DNA from: Craspedostauros australis
Taxonomy: Eukaryota
Direction of reading: 5' to 3'
Length of the DNA: 64,000 bases
Assembly: GCA_030167865.1 (NCBI GenBank)
Contig: JALAGF010001848.1
Span: 1 to 64,000 of the forward strand
The notes below the pieces were generated by a model that was not told the origin of the DNA, did not search any database, and was given only the letters and a program-made list of their open reading frames with translations. The position numbers were made by a program, and so were the translations under genes. Below are positions 33,489 to 45,816 of the stretch, piece by piece. Numbering within the stretch: the stretch's first letter is position 1; every line of letters begins with the position of its first letter.

Positions 33489-35517
33489 TCACTTCATTGT
33501 GTTGGATGAGCCTTGGAAGGCGGTGCCGGAATTCTTCAAGCGCGAAAACTTGGATCCTATCCGCGACTTGCGCTTTGCCGCTGGTGCAGGCTTCGCTGCT
33601 GCTGCTGCTTCAGGTTGCAACGACCCGGCATCCGCCCCATCCGCAAGGAGCTTTCCGCTCGTGGAGGATAACGAGGATTTCGCCATGCGCTCCGCCATTT
33701 CCTTTTCTCGCCGAGCTGCCGCCTCGGCACGCAGCTGACGGATATCAACCTCGTTTCCATCCTTGTCCTTCAACGGCTTGTTCTTCTTGCCGTCCAGCCG
33801 TGCTCCGTCTCCAGCCACGACAGCCCAGTAGTCCACCTCCGGAGCGGCCTCGGGTATGGCCGCGTTCTTTTGCACCCCAGTTGCACCTGTTCGTTTCGCC
33901 AGCATCTTGGACTGCGGGGCAGTGTCTTCTTCGTCTTCATCCGGACGTAAGATCTTGCCGTCGATGATTTGCGTTCCCTTTGGCTTTGACGTTTCATCGT
34001 CGACCATCTGGGATGGTATGGACGATGCCGTCGAAAGCGTGGTGGGACTTGGGCATTGCGAAGATCTGGCATCGCCTGTGGAGCCAGGGCCCGATGTCTC
34101 TGACTTGTTGTAGTTTGGCTCCTGGTAACCAACCGGGGCATCAAAGTCGACGTTGCAATCCGTTTCGATGATGCACGCAGCGTCCTGTGGCTCGACCTCC
34201 TTCAATGCAAAGTGGAAGTTCTTGTTGTTGTATGGGATCTGTATGACGTCGCCCTTGGTCACGCAAGAGAAGTTGCGAAGAGCATGCTCCAACACAGCAC
34301 GCGGGTTGGAAATCTCGAGGAAGTCGACATGTTGCGGTTGGAGCTTCACGAAGGTGGCCTTGGGCAGGCTGACGTTGCTGACTGTGATGACGGCACCTTC
34401 CTCAATGAGCAAGTTCTGCATCATCCAGAAGGGGATGTAGCACGTGCCTTCCTCTGCTGTGAATTCCAGCACGCCACAATGTGTCATGTTCGTGTCTGTT
34501 GTTGATGTGAGACGAAACAGCATGGGATAATCCACCTGCAGCCGTGCCAGCTGATCGAATGCGGACGGAGGGAGTAGGATCTTGTCACCTTTCTGTTTGT
34601 GCGTAGATGTCCGGAGTTTTCAGATTGATGCGCAAGAACAAAATCCAATTGGTTTGGAAAAGTGTGCTTGGCAATTTGAAGCCAACCAATCGAATAGATT
34701 GTTGATGGAATAGTCAACAAGAAAAGACGCCACCACCGACATGGTTCATTCCGCCGTCGTGAATGATGATAGTTCGTGCCCGTGTCCATGTCCATGTTGA
34801 TGTACACATGAGCATATGCACGAATTGGTAAGTCGCCATCATCACATTCACCGCCCAAATCCACAAATGATGCAATCATGCGTCCGTTGTCGGTTCGTTT
34901 AATCGTTGATGCGTTTGATGTTGTTGGGCAAAACCCCACCATCACACAAAGTCATGAAGACGATAGTCGTAGAGTGGAGTATTTGCATGTGAAGCACAAG
35001 TGCGCATCCATGGCATCGCCATTGTTGTCGCCATTTTCGTCGTCACATCCGTGTTTGGATTTTCCCATTCAAATCATTGTGCGAGCAGAGAAATAGAGCC
35101 GAGGTTGGTGAGCATGATGATGTGTTGACACATTCGGAGCAAAGATGTGGGATGGCGGAGCAACACACCCACGGTGTCTTCCATACAATCCTGAACAGTC
35201 TGCTGCTTACTCGCAATGGACTGCTCCATATCCGAGTATAGAATGAGTCTGCGCCCCATGAGGCGGGACGGCGAGGGATCGAATGGCCCGTATGCGACCA
35301 CAGCGACACAGAAGGCCATCGCACGAATGCGCATGGTGTTTATGTGATACAATACGCGCCATACGGGCACTCGTGTTCAGGGGTCATCCAAACTTACCTC
35401 CAAGTGCGATTTGTCAGCGTACGCGACGCTGTAGCAATGGTACTGCTCTTCGAAGCGCCGCGAGCTTCTGTAACCGCCCATGCCGCCAGCGCCGGGAAAT
35501 GCCCATGAGTTCATCAT
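33489..35517 (-). CDS. UFD1: Ubiquitin fusion degradation protein 1 (Cdc48/p97 cofactor), cytosolic type; 2 exons, ~407 aa
   Basis: Exons 35517-35398 (MMNSW...FEEQYHCYSVAYADKSHLE, donor GTAAGT) and 34592-33489 (KGDKILLPPSA...YPMLF, THCGVLEFTAEEG, FVKLQPQ..DFLEISNPRAVLE, IIETDCNVDF). SHP-like AFQGSSNTM at the C-terminus. No signal peptide. Confidence 0.96.
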
Positions 35518-36671
35518 CCTCGTGCTTTCCAGAGAGTATCCCTTGTCTCGTCTTCTCTCGGCTTGTTTCGTTGCTGTTTGAACACTGCGGTCGTGTCCAG
35601 CACCCTATTCTCGATTTTTCTGTGCAGTTTTGTTCTTGACCCACCAAGAAGTGATGCTCTTCAGTCTCCGGCTTCCTGCGTAGCACGAACGAGTTCAATT
35701 TCACACAAAATGTCTCCTTGGGATGGAATCAGCGTTGTTGTTGTTGTGTTGTTGCCGGTGGTGGTGATGATGATGATGATGATGAAGAAGATGGTGGTGA
35801 TGGTCCGCGGTGCTCTCTCGAGTTTGGTTTGCACGTCCTCTCACCCTCTCCGCGGAATGAAACAACACATCCGCGACGCTCCAAACCAAGTCAACGAAGA
35901 AAAAGAGGGAAGAAGAAGGAGATGGTAGAAGAACAAACCCAAACAACGCGGCATGGTCACGGCAACTGCGGCAACGTCTCTCTCCGTCTTTTTCTTCGTC
36001 CATCCCGTTTCGGTTTGTTGGAGTGACGATTCATACGACTACTCTGATGTGCGCAGCGGAAGCGTCTGCCCGTCGCACAAAAAAGAAGGCAGAAGAACTC
36101 GGTCGATCACCCGCGGCCGCCAAACGCGAGAAAAGACCTTCCAAGTACGCGAAACACAGGTGCAACGTCTCCAAACGGTCATTCCGCACAGCCACCCGAA
36201 AATTGTTGGCTCAAAGTCACAGACTTAACGCACATGTGCTTCAGATGACGCGCAATGACCCGCTGCTGATCGGCGGCAACGGGACAGGCTAACTTCGCCG
36301 TACGTGCAACATCGCGCAAGCCACCCAGGCTTATCGCGCCGACTCTGCCGCGCCGTGGACACCAACACGAGTACGTTCCTGCGCTGACACACCACGCAAC
36401 AAGGAGTGGAGGGAAAGCGCTGCGCAAAATTTCGCCTTCTCTCCTCCCCGATGTGTTGCAAACCACACAAAGGAGGACAACACGCCAAGAGATTCGCAAA
36501 GTCCGTCACAATCCTCCTCAGTTTGCAAACGTCGACTCATTCTGCAACATCGGAACTTTGTTGATTGTGCATTGCTCTGGCGCCAACAACAAACGCACAA
36601 CAGGAAGCACCAACCAACACAACATAACGCAACATAGCAGCGTTCAGTCGCAGGAGTAGGAACCGAGCAAG

Positions 36672-39600
36672 ATGCCGATGCATGTGGCACCAACGATGGC
36701 CGAGCGCGAGGCCGAACTCGCAGCTCTCCAGGCCGCCTTCGATGAATACATCGCCAGCTCTCGAGAGCTGGAGGAAGAGCTCGATGCTGAGCTTGCCAAG
36801 ATGCGTAAGTTACAAAGATGGTCACTGCCACCATCACCGACAACAACGCCGCGGACAACATCAGCAGCAGCAACGACGATAGCACCGGAGCAGTGCCAAC
36901 AAGAGCAGGAACGGTGAAAACAGATACCACCATGGCGAGGCGGTGGCGGCATTGTTCGTTGCGTTGTTTTTCTGAATTTCGACTGGATATTTTCCATCCT
37001 CCGACTCTTTTGGCCAGTTCTGGCCTAAAATGAGGTTGTTCCTATCAGAATGACCCAAATGACTTGGCATTTCTCGTCATTTCTGACTGATATCATCCAC
37101 CTCCTCCACCTTCGCCCATCCACCGCCGCGCTGCCACACATGCCGACGATATTCATCTTGCTTTTTTGGTGTTCACCACCGGCTATGCTCCTGCTACTAC
37201 AACGGCTGCAACCTATACCCATGCTCGCACTCGTAACTCGTACCTCATGCCCGAACGAATGCTCACCAACAATGATCGTTGCTGCGATTCCAACTCGTGA
37301 TGCTGACGTGAAACCCTCAACTCGGAACACAAATTCACAACAGAGGAGAAGCTTGCGGATTCGTCTGCCGCCAATGCTGCTCTGTCTGCCCAATTGGAAA
37401 ACATCGCGCCGCAGCTGGCATCATTGGAGAAGGCCCTCTCCGAAAGTCGCGCCAAAGTGAAGGAGGAGCAGAAGCAACGCAGACAGGCAGAGCAAGCTCA
37501 GGACGAATTGGAGGCCAAGTACCGCGAGGCTGAAGGATCCTTGCTTGCGGTCCGCGAGGAATGCGACGCCGTCCACGAAGAGCTCGCCTTCAAGGAAAGC
37601 GAGCTCGAGGAGACCAGGCTGGAGCTGGAAGTCGAGCGCGAAAGGTACCGTGTGGACGTCGAAGAGGTCCGCGCCGACGCCCTTCTGCGATCATCCCTGG
37701 ACAGGAAGGATGACGGAACCAACGACACCGACCAGGCCACATCGCCATCGGATGGTGCCGCCAACACCGCTTCGTCCAGCGTCATTTCCAACGCCGCAGA
37801 CAATGCCTACGTCAAGAAGCTTGAGGATGAGCTGGAGCTTGTCACCGAACAGCTCATCGAGACCGAACAGCGCCTGTCGCAGACCGAAGACAGACTCGCA
37901 AATGCCGAGGCCGCCTCCAAGAACACCCTGGTGGAAGAGGAGCGCAAGAAGGTCGAGGAGACCATGAAGAGCCGCGAGAAGGACACAGAACTCATCCGCG
38001 TTTTGCAGACAGAGAATGCCGGACGTTTGGAAGAGGAGCACAAGCTCCGCGAAGAATTGGAACTCACCCGAGAGGAGCTGTCGCTCACGCAGGAGGAGTT
38101 GCGCGCTGTCGAATTCGATGCCAAGGACGTGCAGAACCGCTTGGAGAAGCTCCGGTCGGAACACCGCGACGAAATCAACTCGCTTCGCGGCCTGCTCCAA
38201 AACTCAGAGGGAAGCGCCAAGGTGTCCGATGTCGAACTCGACACTTTCGAAAAGACCCTCCAACAGGCCGCCGAAGAGAATGAGACGCTCAAGACCGAGG
38301 TCGAAAATCTCAACGCCGCCTTGTCCAACGCCAAGCGTGATCACGAAGCCGTCGTTGACGAATTGGAGGCCGTCAACTCCAGATTCGACGAGGCCATCAC
38401 AGAGGCAGAGAAGCGCGGCCGTGACGCTGGCGGAAGCGACATCAAGGAGGTGATGAAGACCGAGCGCGAAGGCGAGCTCAACGACCTCAAGGAACAGTTC
38501 AAGAAGCTGACTGAGGAGAATTCCAAGCTGCAGACCAAGGTCGACGAATCCGACATGGCCATCGCATTGGCCAAGGACTCGCAATCCCGCAACCTCGAGG
38601 GTGTCGAGGTGCAGAGCGAGATGGTCAAGCAGCTCCAGTCGCAGCTCGGACGCGCCCGCGACGACCTGTCCAAGAAAGAATCAGAGATGGCCGTGCTTGC
38701 GTCAGACCTCAAGGAACGTGTCAGCAAGGCCGAAGACAATGTCACCAAGCTCGAGAAGGATCTCTCCCTCACCAAGGGAAAGCTCGCAGAGGCCGAGGCC
38801 CACCTCATCGTCTCGAAGCGCGAGAAGGAGCTCGCGGAGGCATCCTCCATCTCCAAGCGCACTTCCTCCATCCGGCCTGGATCATCCAGAACTGGACACA
38901 GCGGTACCTCCATCTACCATCCAGATCTCGACAATGTTCAGAAGCGTCAAAAGGTTAGCCGCCGACGCCGAACACGATCCAACTCGCCAAATGCGTACAA
39001 GCGCTTGGAGCTGCGCATCAATGACGAGAAGAAGAAGTTGGCTGAGCTCCAGAAGGAACACGAGAAGCTCAAGGACCAGAAGCGCATGGGCGAGGCCCAC
39101 GTGAAGAAGCTCGAGGATGACCTGGCCGTGCTCCAGAAGCAGCTCTTCTCCAAGGGAGAGGCCGGCATCACGACCGACATGTCCCGATTGAGCTCTCTCG
39201 GCAACGGCGGAGGTTCCACCGATCTGCTCGATGGCAGTGCCAAGTCCAAGGTGGCCGAAGTCATCGAATCTGGCGACGTTGGTCTGATGGGTCAGGAATT
39301 GCAAACGCTCGAGAAGAAGTGCAACGCCCAGCGTGACTACAACAACCAGCTTCTCAGCAAGATGCTCAGCCTGCAGGGTAACATCCAGGTGTTCTGCCGT
39401 ACCCGTCCAATGAGCATCAAGGAGGTCCAGAAGGGATGCAAGACCGTTGTTGAATCCTTGAGCGAGACCGAGCTCGGTTGCTTCGATGCTCGCACCAACA
39501 AGTGGAAGAGTTTCGCATTTGACCGCGTTTGGGGTCAAGACCAGTCTCAGCAGAGTATCTTCCAGGACGTCGAGCCAATCGCACTCAGTGTCGTTGATGG

Positions 39601-41615
39601 TTTCAACGCCTGTATCTTTGCCTACGGTCAGACGTAAGTGACTTCATTCATCTTTGTGTGCTGACTGCGGTGTTCCGTCACGTCAACTCAATTCAACGGA
39701 ATGAAATGAGACGAAATGAAATGAATTACGATGAGACAGGAAAGCGATTGCGCACGTGTTGCTTCCCAAGCCCATGCACTCACACAACCGCGTGCGTTTC
39801 TTTGCTTGCTTACTTTCAATACCATGCACGTCTACTCTTCATACCCATCTCTGTGTGAATGCGCGCTTTACTCTCGATGCCACTTTGGCGTCAATTTGAT
39901 GCACTACTCTGCATATGTACCACATGAATGCGCGCAGTGGAAGTGGAAAGACCTACACGATGGAGGGTGCGGAAGTTAACAACCAGCGTGGTATCAGCTA
40001 CCGCACCATCCAAAAGGTCTTCCATCTTCTTGACTTGAAGAGACAGCAAGAGAAGACTGCTGCCATCCTCCTGAAGTCTCAGGAAGAGCGTGAGGAGACC
40101 AAGGAATTCGACTTCGCCATCAAGATTGGTATGCTTGAAATTTACAACGACGAATGTTATGATCTGCTCGGATCTTCCGGCGCGACCCTGGCAGAGAAGA
40201 AGGCTGAGGCGCAGAAGGCCGGTGGCAAGGCGTCTCTCGAAATCCGACGTGACCAGAACGGACGCATCGACGTCCCCAACCTCACCAAGGAGGATGTGAA
40301 TTCCATCGAGGATGTGATCGAGCTGCTGAAGCGTGGTAACAAGAACCGTGCGACTGCTGCAACAAGCATGAATCAATCCAGCAGTCGCTCTCATATGGTC
40401 TTGCTCGTCGAGGTGTCCTCCGGATTCGAAGGTCAACCAGGCAACAAGGGTAAGCTCCTCCTCGTCGATCTCGCCGGATCCGAACGTGTCCGCAAGAGTG
40501 AGGTCGAGGGAGACCACCTCAAGGAGGCCGGTCATATTAACAAGTCGCTGTCCGCTCTCGGAAACGTCATGGAGGCTCTTGATCGCAAGGCATCCCACAT
40601 TCCATACCGTGACAGCAAGCTGACGTACCTGTTGCAGGATTCCTTGGGAGGCAACTCCCGAACAATGATGATCGTCGCGGTGACGCCCGTGGACACCGCC
40701 TACGACGAATCCATCCATGCGCTCCAGTTTGCGACACGCGTGCGTCGCATCCAAATCGGAGCTGCAAAGAGAAATATCACATCCAAGAACTTGGAGGAGA
40801 CCGTGAAGGCACTGACAGCAGAGATGAAGACCCTCACCATGCAAAAGCAGAAGACCGAGGGTCAGCTGATGTCGTTGAAGAGAGACAACAACCGTATCCA
40901 GGACAAGCTCCAGAACCTGTCCAGCTCGCGCAAGAACACGCAGAGCGACAGCAAGACGCTGGAAGTGCTGCGCAAGAACAATACCGAGATGGCCAACCGT
41001 TGGCAGAAGGAGAAGAGCCTGCGCGAAGAAACCGGCGAGGAGTTGGAGAAAGCGCAGAAGGAATTGCGCAAGTCTCAGCAAGTCCTCAAGAAGGCGCAGC
41101 GGGAGCAAGAGACACTGGAGCGCAAATTGGAAGAGAAGGAACGCCAGCTGGAGAAGAAGGCCATGGAGCTGCGAACCGCCAAGGACCAGTCCACGGCTGC
41201 CAATCTGCGTGCCAGAAAGGCCCAGGTTATCGGATCGCGTGCCAGACCAACACCGAGCCCATCGAAGGCTCCTCGTCCAGCCGCGAAGCCAACAGGAGCT
41301 GCATCCGTGGCATCTGCTACCACAAGCGTAAGTGCGGCATCGACCGAGGCCACAGAAGATGTGTCCGAGATCCGTGCGCAGGTCTTGAGCTTGCTCGAGA
41401 AGTACGACAAGGGCAAGGTGAATCGCATCGACATCATCATGGAGAAGTTCAAGGGCAAGGAGTCCCTGCTGCTCGAGAAGATGACCCAACGCTACGAGAG
41501 CGGTGCAGAGGCCACCCCAGAAGAAGCCGCTGCCGCACGATCCCGCAGTCATCTCGCGACCCAGCGTCACATGGAGCGCATGCGCAAGCTTCGCGAGGCG
41601 CGAGGTGGAAAGTAA
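36672..41615 (+). CDS. Kinesin-14 with an N-terminal NudE/NDEL1-like coiled coil, long stalk, internal motor and C-terminal tail; 3 exons, ~1360 aa
   Basis: Exons 36672 (or 36696)-36804, 37344-39633 and 39938-41615, phase-compatible. Kinesin-14 neck LSLQGNIQVFCRTRP; FAFDRVW; P-loop split by intron 2 (FAYGQT|GSGKT); MNQSSSRSH; LVDLAGSERV; INKSLSALGNV; HIPYRDSKLTYLLQDSLGGNSRT. Confidence 0.94.
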
Positions 41616-42223
41616 ATGCTCACCTTCATTTGCAGCGGCTGGTGCCCCTCAGAATCGAAGCAAGTCTGACCCGATCGTCACACGTCTGACTGACGACTGT
41701 TGGTTTGCTTACCAAGTCGTACTATGAATACCTCATGGGTATTGGGGCGCCGCGATGAAGATAGAGGAGCACGGGCGCAGCGCTGCACTCGCAAGTGAAT
41801 CACAACTCGCTTGCTCTACAGAGACAGATAGCCAATCAATCAATCGATCAATCAATCAATCCAACTAACCAGTCAACAAGAGTGAACAAAGAAATTAACG
41901 TAAACCATGTTACTTGTGCAAAGGAGTGGTCATCAGCTTGGCTTGGATCGAAGGGCAATCGCCGCTGTACATACTACAGTACGAGCGCATAGTCGTACAC
42001 ATGCAGGAGGGCGTACAGAGGCACTTTGCATATTCTCCGGATACTGTTTTGCACGAACAGCCTAGTGCAGGGGAGAAGAGGCATCGAGGACTGAATGGCT
42101 CTCCGAGCACATACTTGTACGAATCATCTGGTATGGTCATTCTATGTTTAGCCCTGCATCCGTCGCTGCGTCCTCTGTCAGTATAGTGCGCTTCCGTATC
42201 ACCAAACTTCATCTGCCCGGGGC

Positions 42224-43150
42224 CTACGCAGTCCCGCCCTCCTTGGCCCCTCCCTTGCCGTAGAGCGTCGCGAATCGGGTCTGCCAGGCAAAGAACTGCT
42301 GCTGGTGGCAGAAATTGCGGAACGAGATCTGCGCCAGCTCCCTGCCGAAGGTTTCATTGTTGATGAGCATGTTGAGGAAGTAGAGCGAGTGGGGATATAT
42401 GATGTACTGGCTGTACTCGGGCCTCGTCCACGTCTTGTACAAGTATCTGAGGAAGAGTCTGAAGTTGGCATCCTCCAAGAGCAGGTTGCCTTCGTTGGTC
42501 ACTGAGGTGGAGAGGAAGTGTAGATAGGCAGGCGAAGCCAACGATTGCACTGAGGGTTGGGTATCAGCGTGTACGAACACGATAGTTTAATACATGGGAT
42601 ACGTGGGATACGACGATGAGAGTTTACAGAGCACGGTGGGCGAACGTACAGATGGAGTATCACATATTATATTACATGATACAATAATAGAGAGATAGAG
42701 AGAAGAATACAGCAGATCAGATTAGAGAGATAGATGCATCGCGCGGTGATAGCTGTCCTGTTGTAATCTTGCGATGAATCTGAGAACGGCTTCATACCAT
42801 GAAGCTGTGCGGGTGGATTAGCACGGGTCCAACGCCGACAAGACTGCCAAGCAGAACAAAGTATGCTTGGTGTCCTCCATACGTTTGCGCACTACGGCCA
42901 TCATACCATCATGCCATCATGTCTTCGCACATTCACAGATCCACTCACCGAATTCCAACTCCAGCTCGAAGCGATTCTCGGGGAGGTCTGGAGAGGCATG
43001 CTCCTCCACGTGAGCAGCGCCGTCGGTTCCAGCTCCCGCGTCTTCCCCGGTTGGTGTTGCTTGAGCTTGGTCGCCTTTCGCATCCAGCTCGGTTGCGCTT
43101 GTTTGTGCCGGCGCTGACGCTGACGCTTCCGTTGTTGTGGTGTTGTCCAT
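42224..43150 (-). CDS. MED31: Mediator subunit MED31 (SOH1); 2 exons, ~175 aa
   Basis: Exons 43150-42949 and 42549-42224 join to give RFELELEFVQSLASPAYLHFL...FLRYLY.W.RPEYSQYIIYPHSLYFL..L, the SOH1 signature. Confidence 0.95.
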
Positions 43151-43734
43151 TGTTCTTCTTTATGTTCAAGGACTCTCTTTGTTCTCTGCCCCTGTTCCTC
43201 GTTTGTCTCTGATGGCGCGAGGGTGGGGGGTTTGGTCGTCCAAGGCCTGGCCATCTTGGCGCCTTGTTGTGTTTGCGTTTGTTGCTGGGACGTGTGAAGA
43301 TCCGTTCAGTCACGTGTGACATTCCCGGCTATCGACGAGGTCTGCACCACACATCGTTGTTCCCATGCCGCATCACGCGCCGCGCACCAGTCGTCAAGGC
43401 GCATCGCGTGGAAAACGCACCAAAGAGCCACAAGAGGCATGGCATCAACACCCACTGCTCGCTCCGCCTTTGCCCAAGAATCGGAACATCGCTTGCGGCT
43501 CTCCGCAACCACCCCTCACGCTATCCAGCGAATGGACAATTGAGCGTTCCACCTCCAACAACAGAAACACTAGAACAGTCTCATTGAGAATAGAGGAATC
43601 GTCGTGCAGAGTGGGGAGCGCAGAAAAGACGAGGGCAGTGCGCTTCCAATACTCTACACGCCACTCCACGAGTACAGAAGCACAGCATTGCAGAATACCT
43701 ACTCTGTTAGGTGCAGCGGGCCGTGAATTCGACC

Positions 43735-45816
43735 ATGCTTTCTCGAAGCGCGCAGGGATCATCCAGAGCGGGCCTTTCCAGGAACTTGCTCCGTTCCCGT
43801 GCAGGTGCCATGGCGCGCTTGGGTCTGGAAGATGGCAATCGACCATCATTTCCCTTGCCATCGGCACCCACCTTCAGACCGCTGTGTGCGTTCGTATCCG
43901 CATCATCGAGTGGTGGTATGGAGAGAAGAATCAAAGACCAGTCCCATGCTGCGCTTCGCCTCAGCATGAGCACATCACATTCACGAAATCACTCCAACAA
44001 TTACATCCGCAATGACGCGTCTCGCCTCGTACAAGATCATGATCAGATGGGCACGTCGCGCAGACGTTCTCAAAGTCAACGGGCATATTCAACTTCAACT
44101 GTAGCAACGGCTGCATCACCAGCAACTGCGGGCGACAATGATGCTCTGGACACCAACAGCACATCGGAAGATGATCAAATAGAAGTCCAGACAAAGCAAC
44201 AGACGCAGCAACAGACGCAGCAACAGATGCAGAGGCAGACGCAGACACAGGAACCAAAGCACCTGGTGGTCGACGACGTCATTTCCAACATCTCAGATGC
44301 TGCGAGCTTTCATCGCAAATGGGATGTCGAACTGGTGAGGCGCGCGGTTGACGAGTACGAACTGTGCCTGAAGCACTTCTACCACGAAAAGAAGGGAACC
44401 GCAGGTCAAGCACTCGGCGAGGTCGTCATCAGCGCGGCAAGTCCCGAAGCCAAAGCTCGACTCCTGTCTCCAATCGTCGCCAAAAAGGCATTCGTTGCCG
44501 TGCTACGATGCAAAATACCAACCAACAAGCTTTCTCGCAGGGTCCGCAGCATGGAGACCTACATCGGCACTCTCGGACAGACCGAGATGACTGACGCTCT
44601 GTCTTTCAGGATGCTGCAAGCCAATGGAAAATCGGGCAACATCGGACGCGCTTTGCAGCTCCTCTCCTTCCGAAAAAGCAAGGAGTACGAACCCCAAAAG
44701 GGCGAGTTCATCCACGCCATCGCCGCCATCAAGGTGGCCGGCACATATCTCAAGAAGGATCGCAACATCTTCCTCTCTGACCAGCAACAGCCCCCCATAG
44801 ACAATCCGACACGCTGGCTGGATGCCATCTTGCTGAACATGAGCCAACGCGGGTTCCCACTTACAACAGAACTCGCAAACCAGATGATCAACACATACAC
44901 GACGACGGGGAGCACTGGGAAAGCTTCTCATTACTTCTACACGGTCTTCCGCGAGGAGTCCGAACCAACAGATGGTGCAAATACTCTTGAGACCGCGGAT
45001 GGCCCGGATGAAGGGAAGTCCGCAAGCTATCGTGGGAAACCAATGAAGGTCACGCTCACCATGAGATCACCGCCGCCGTATCACAAAATCCCATCGCAAG
45101 TCAAGGGCAAGTTCGTACAGAAACCAGGATCTGACGCCCGACAACTGAAGCTCGACCGCGAGTGCGATCCCAGCTGGAGCGTTCCGCTGTCGGAAGCCTT
45201 TGCATTCGCAGACTCGTTATCGCACGGCGCCTGCGGTCATGATCCGGTCGAACTCAACTTGATCAGCTACACAACGTTGATGAAAGCCTGCGTCAATCGC
45301 GGCGGTCTCTGGCGCGCGATGCAGATCATCGATGAGATCATGCCAGCGAACAACATCCAACCTGATGCTATGGCGTACGATACTCTGCTCGGCGGATTGT
45401 CCAGGGTCGGTGATGTGCCCACCATGCACCAGTACTACGACCAAATGGTCGGCCAGGGCGTGGCACCCACACAACGCACGGTGGAGACGATCGCCGGCGG
45501 CATGCTCAATCTGGGTGACGTCCCCAACGCCATTACCATCGTCCAAGACTTTTTCAATCAGCATTCTGTCTTGCCACCCTATACGATGCATCTGAAGATC
45601 ATTGAATTCGCTCTCGGCCGGGGTTTGGTGTACGAGGCCAAACGCCACGTCTACTTCCTCCAGCAACTGTGGAAGTGGGAGAAGAACAAGTACCACACAG
45701 ACGAATTTGTGGAGCTCGTGACGCTCACCCAACTCAATCCCAAACTCTCCAAGGAGGCCCTCCAAAAGCTGTTCCGTTACTTCGGCGAAGAATTGGAGGA
45801 CGCTGACTTCTTTTAA
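43735..45816 (+). CDS. Pentatricopeptide-repeat (PPR) protein, probably mitochondrial
   Basis: Single exon. Arg/Ser/Leu-rich N-terminus (MLSRSAQGSSRAGLSRNLLRSR). Tandem ~35 aa PPR motifs ISYTTLMKACVNRGGLWRAMQIIDEIMPANNIQPD and MAYDTLLGGLSRVGDVPTMHQYYDQMVGQGVAPT. Confidence 0.85.
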   Translation: MLSRSAQGSSRAGLSRNLLRSRAGAMARLGLEDGNRPSFPLPSAPTFRPLCAFVSASSSGGMERRIKDQSHAALRLSMSTSHSRNHSNNYIRNDASRLVQDHDQMGTSRRRSQSQRAYSTSTVATAASPATAGDNDALDTNSTSEDDQIEVQTKQQTQQQTQQQMQRQTQTQEPKHLVVDDVISNISDAASFHRKWDVELVRRAVDEYELCLKHFYHEKKGTAGQALGEVVISAASPEAKARLLSPIVAKKAFVAVLRCKIPTNKLSRRVRSMETYIGTLGQTEMTDALSFRMLQANGKSGNIGRALQLLSFRKSKEYEPQKGEFIHAIAAIKVAGTYLKKDRNIFLSDQQQPPIDNPTRWLDAILLNMSQRGFPLTTELANQMINTYTTTGSTGKASHYFYTVFREESEPTDGANTLETADGPDEGKSASYRGKPMKVTLTMRSPPPYHKIPSQVKGKFVQKPGSDARQLKLDRECDPSWSVPLSEAFAFADSLSHGACGHDPVELNLISYTTLMKACVNRGGLWRAMQIIDEIMPANNIQPDAMAYDTLLGGLSRVGDVPTMHQYYDQMVGQGVAPTQRTVETIAGGMLNLGDVPNAITIVQDFFNQHSVLPPYTMHLKIIEFALGRGLVYEAKRHVYFLQQLWKWEKNKYHTDEFVELVTLTQLNPKLSKEALQKLFRYFGEELEDADFF

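Noticed and set aside
34620-34846. Box C (GTGATGA) and box D (CTGA)-like words in the UFD1 intron
   Set aside because: The spacing (~220 nt) is too long, no terminal stem is evident, and such words are frequent by chance here.
15332-35517. Periplastid Hsp70 plus UFD1 as a possible SELMA (symbiont ERAD) gene cluster
   Set aside because: This UFD1 has no signal or transit peptide and looks like the host cytosolic copy. The genes are ~16 kb apart with unrelated genes between them.
39891-41570. Long antisense ORFs (for example 559 aa opposite the kinesin; similar ones opposite Hsp70, myosin and the glyoxalase-like gene)
   Set aside because: Expected shadows of GC3-rich coding sequence on the opposite strand; no recognisable motifs.
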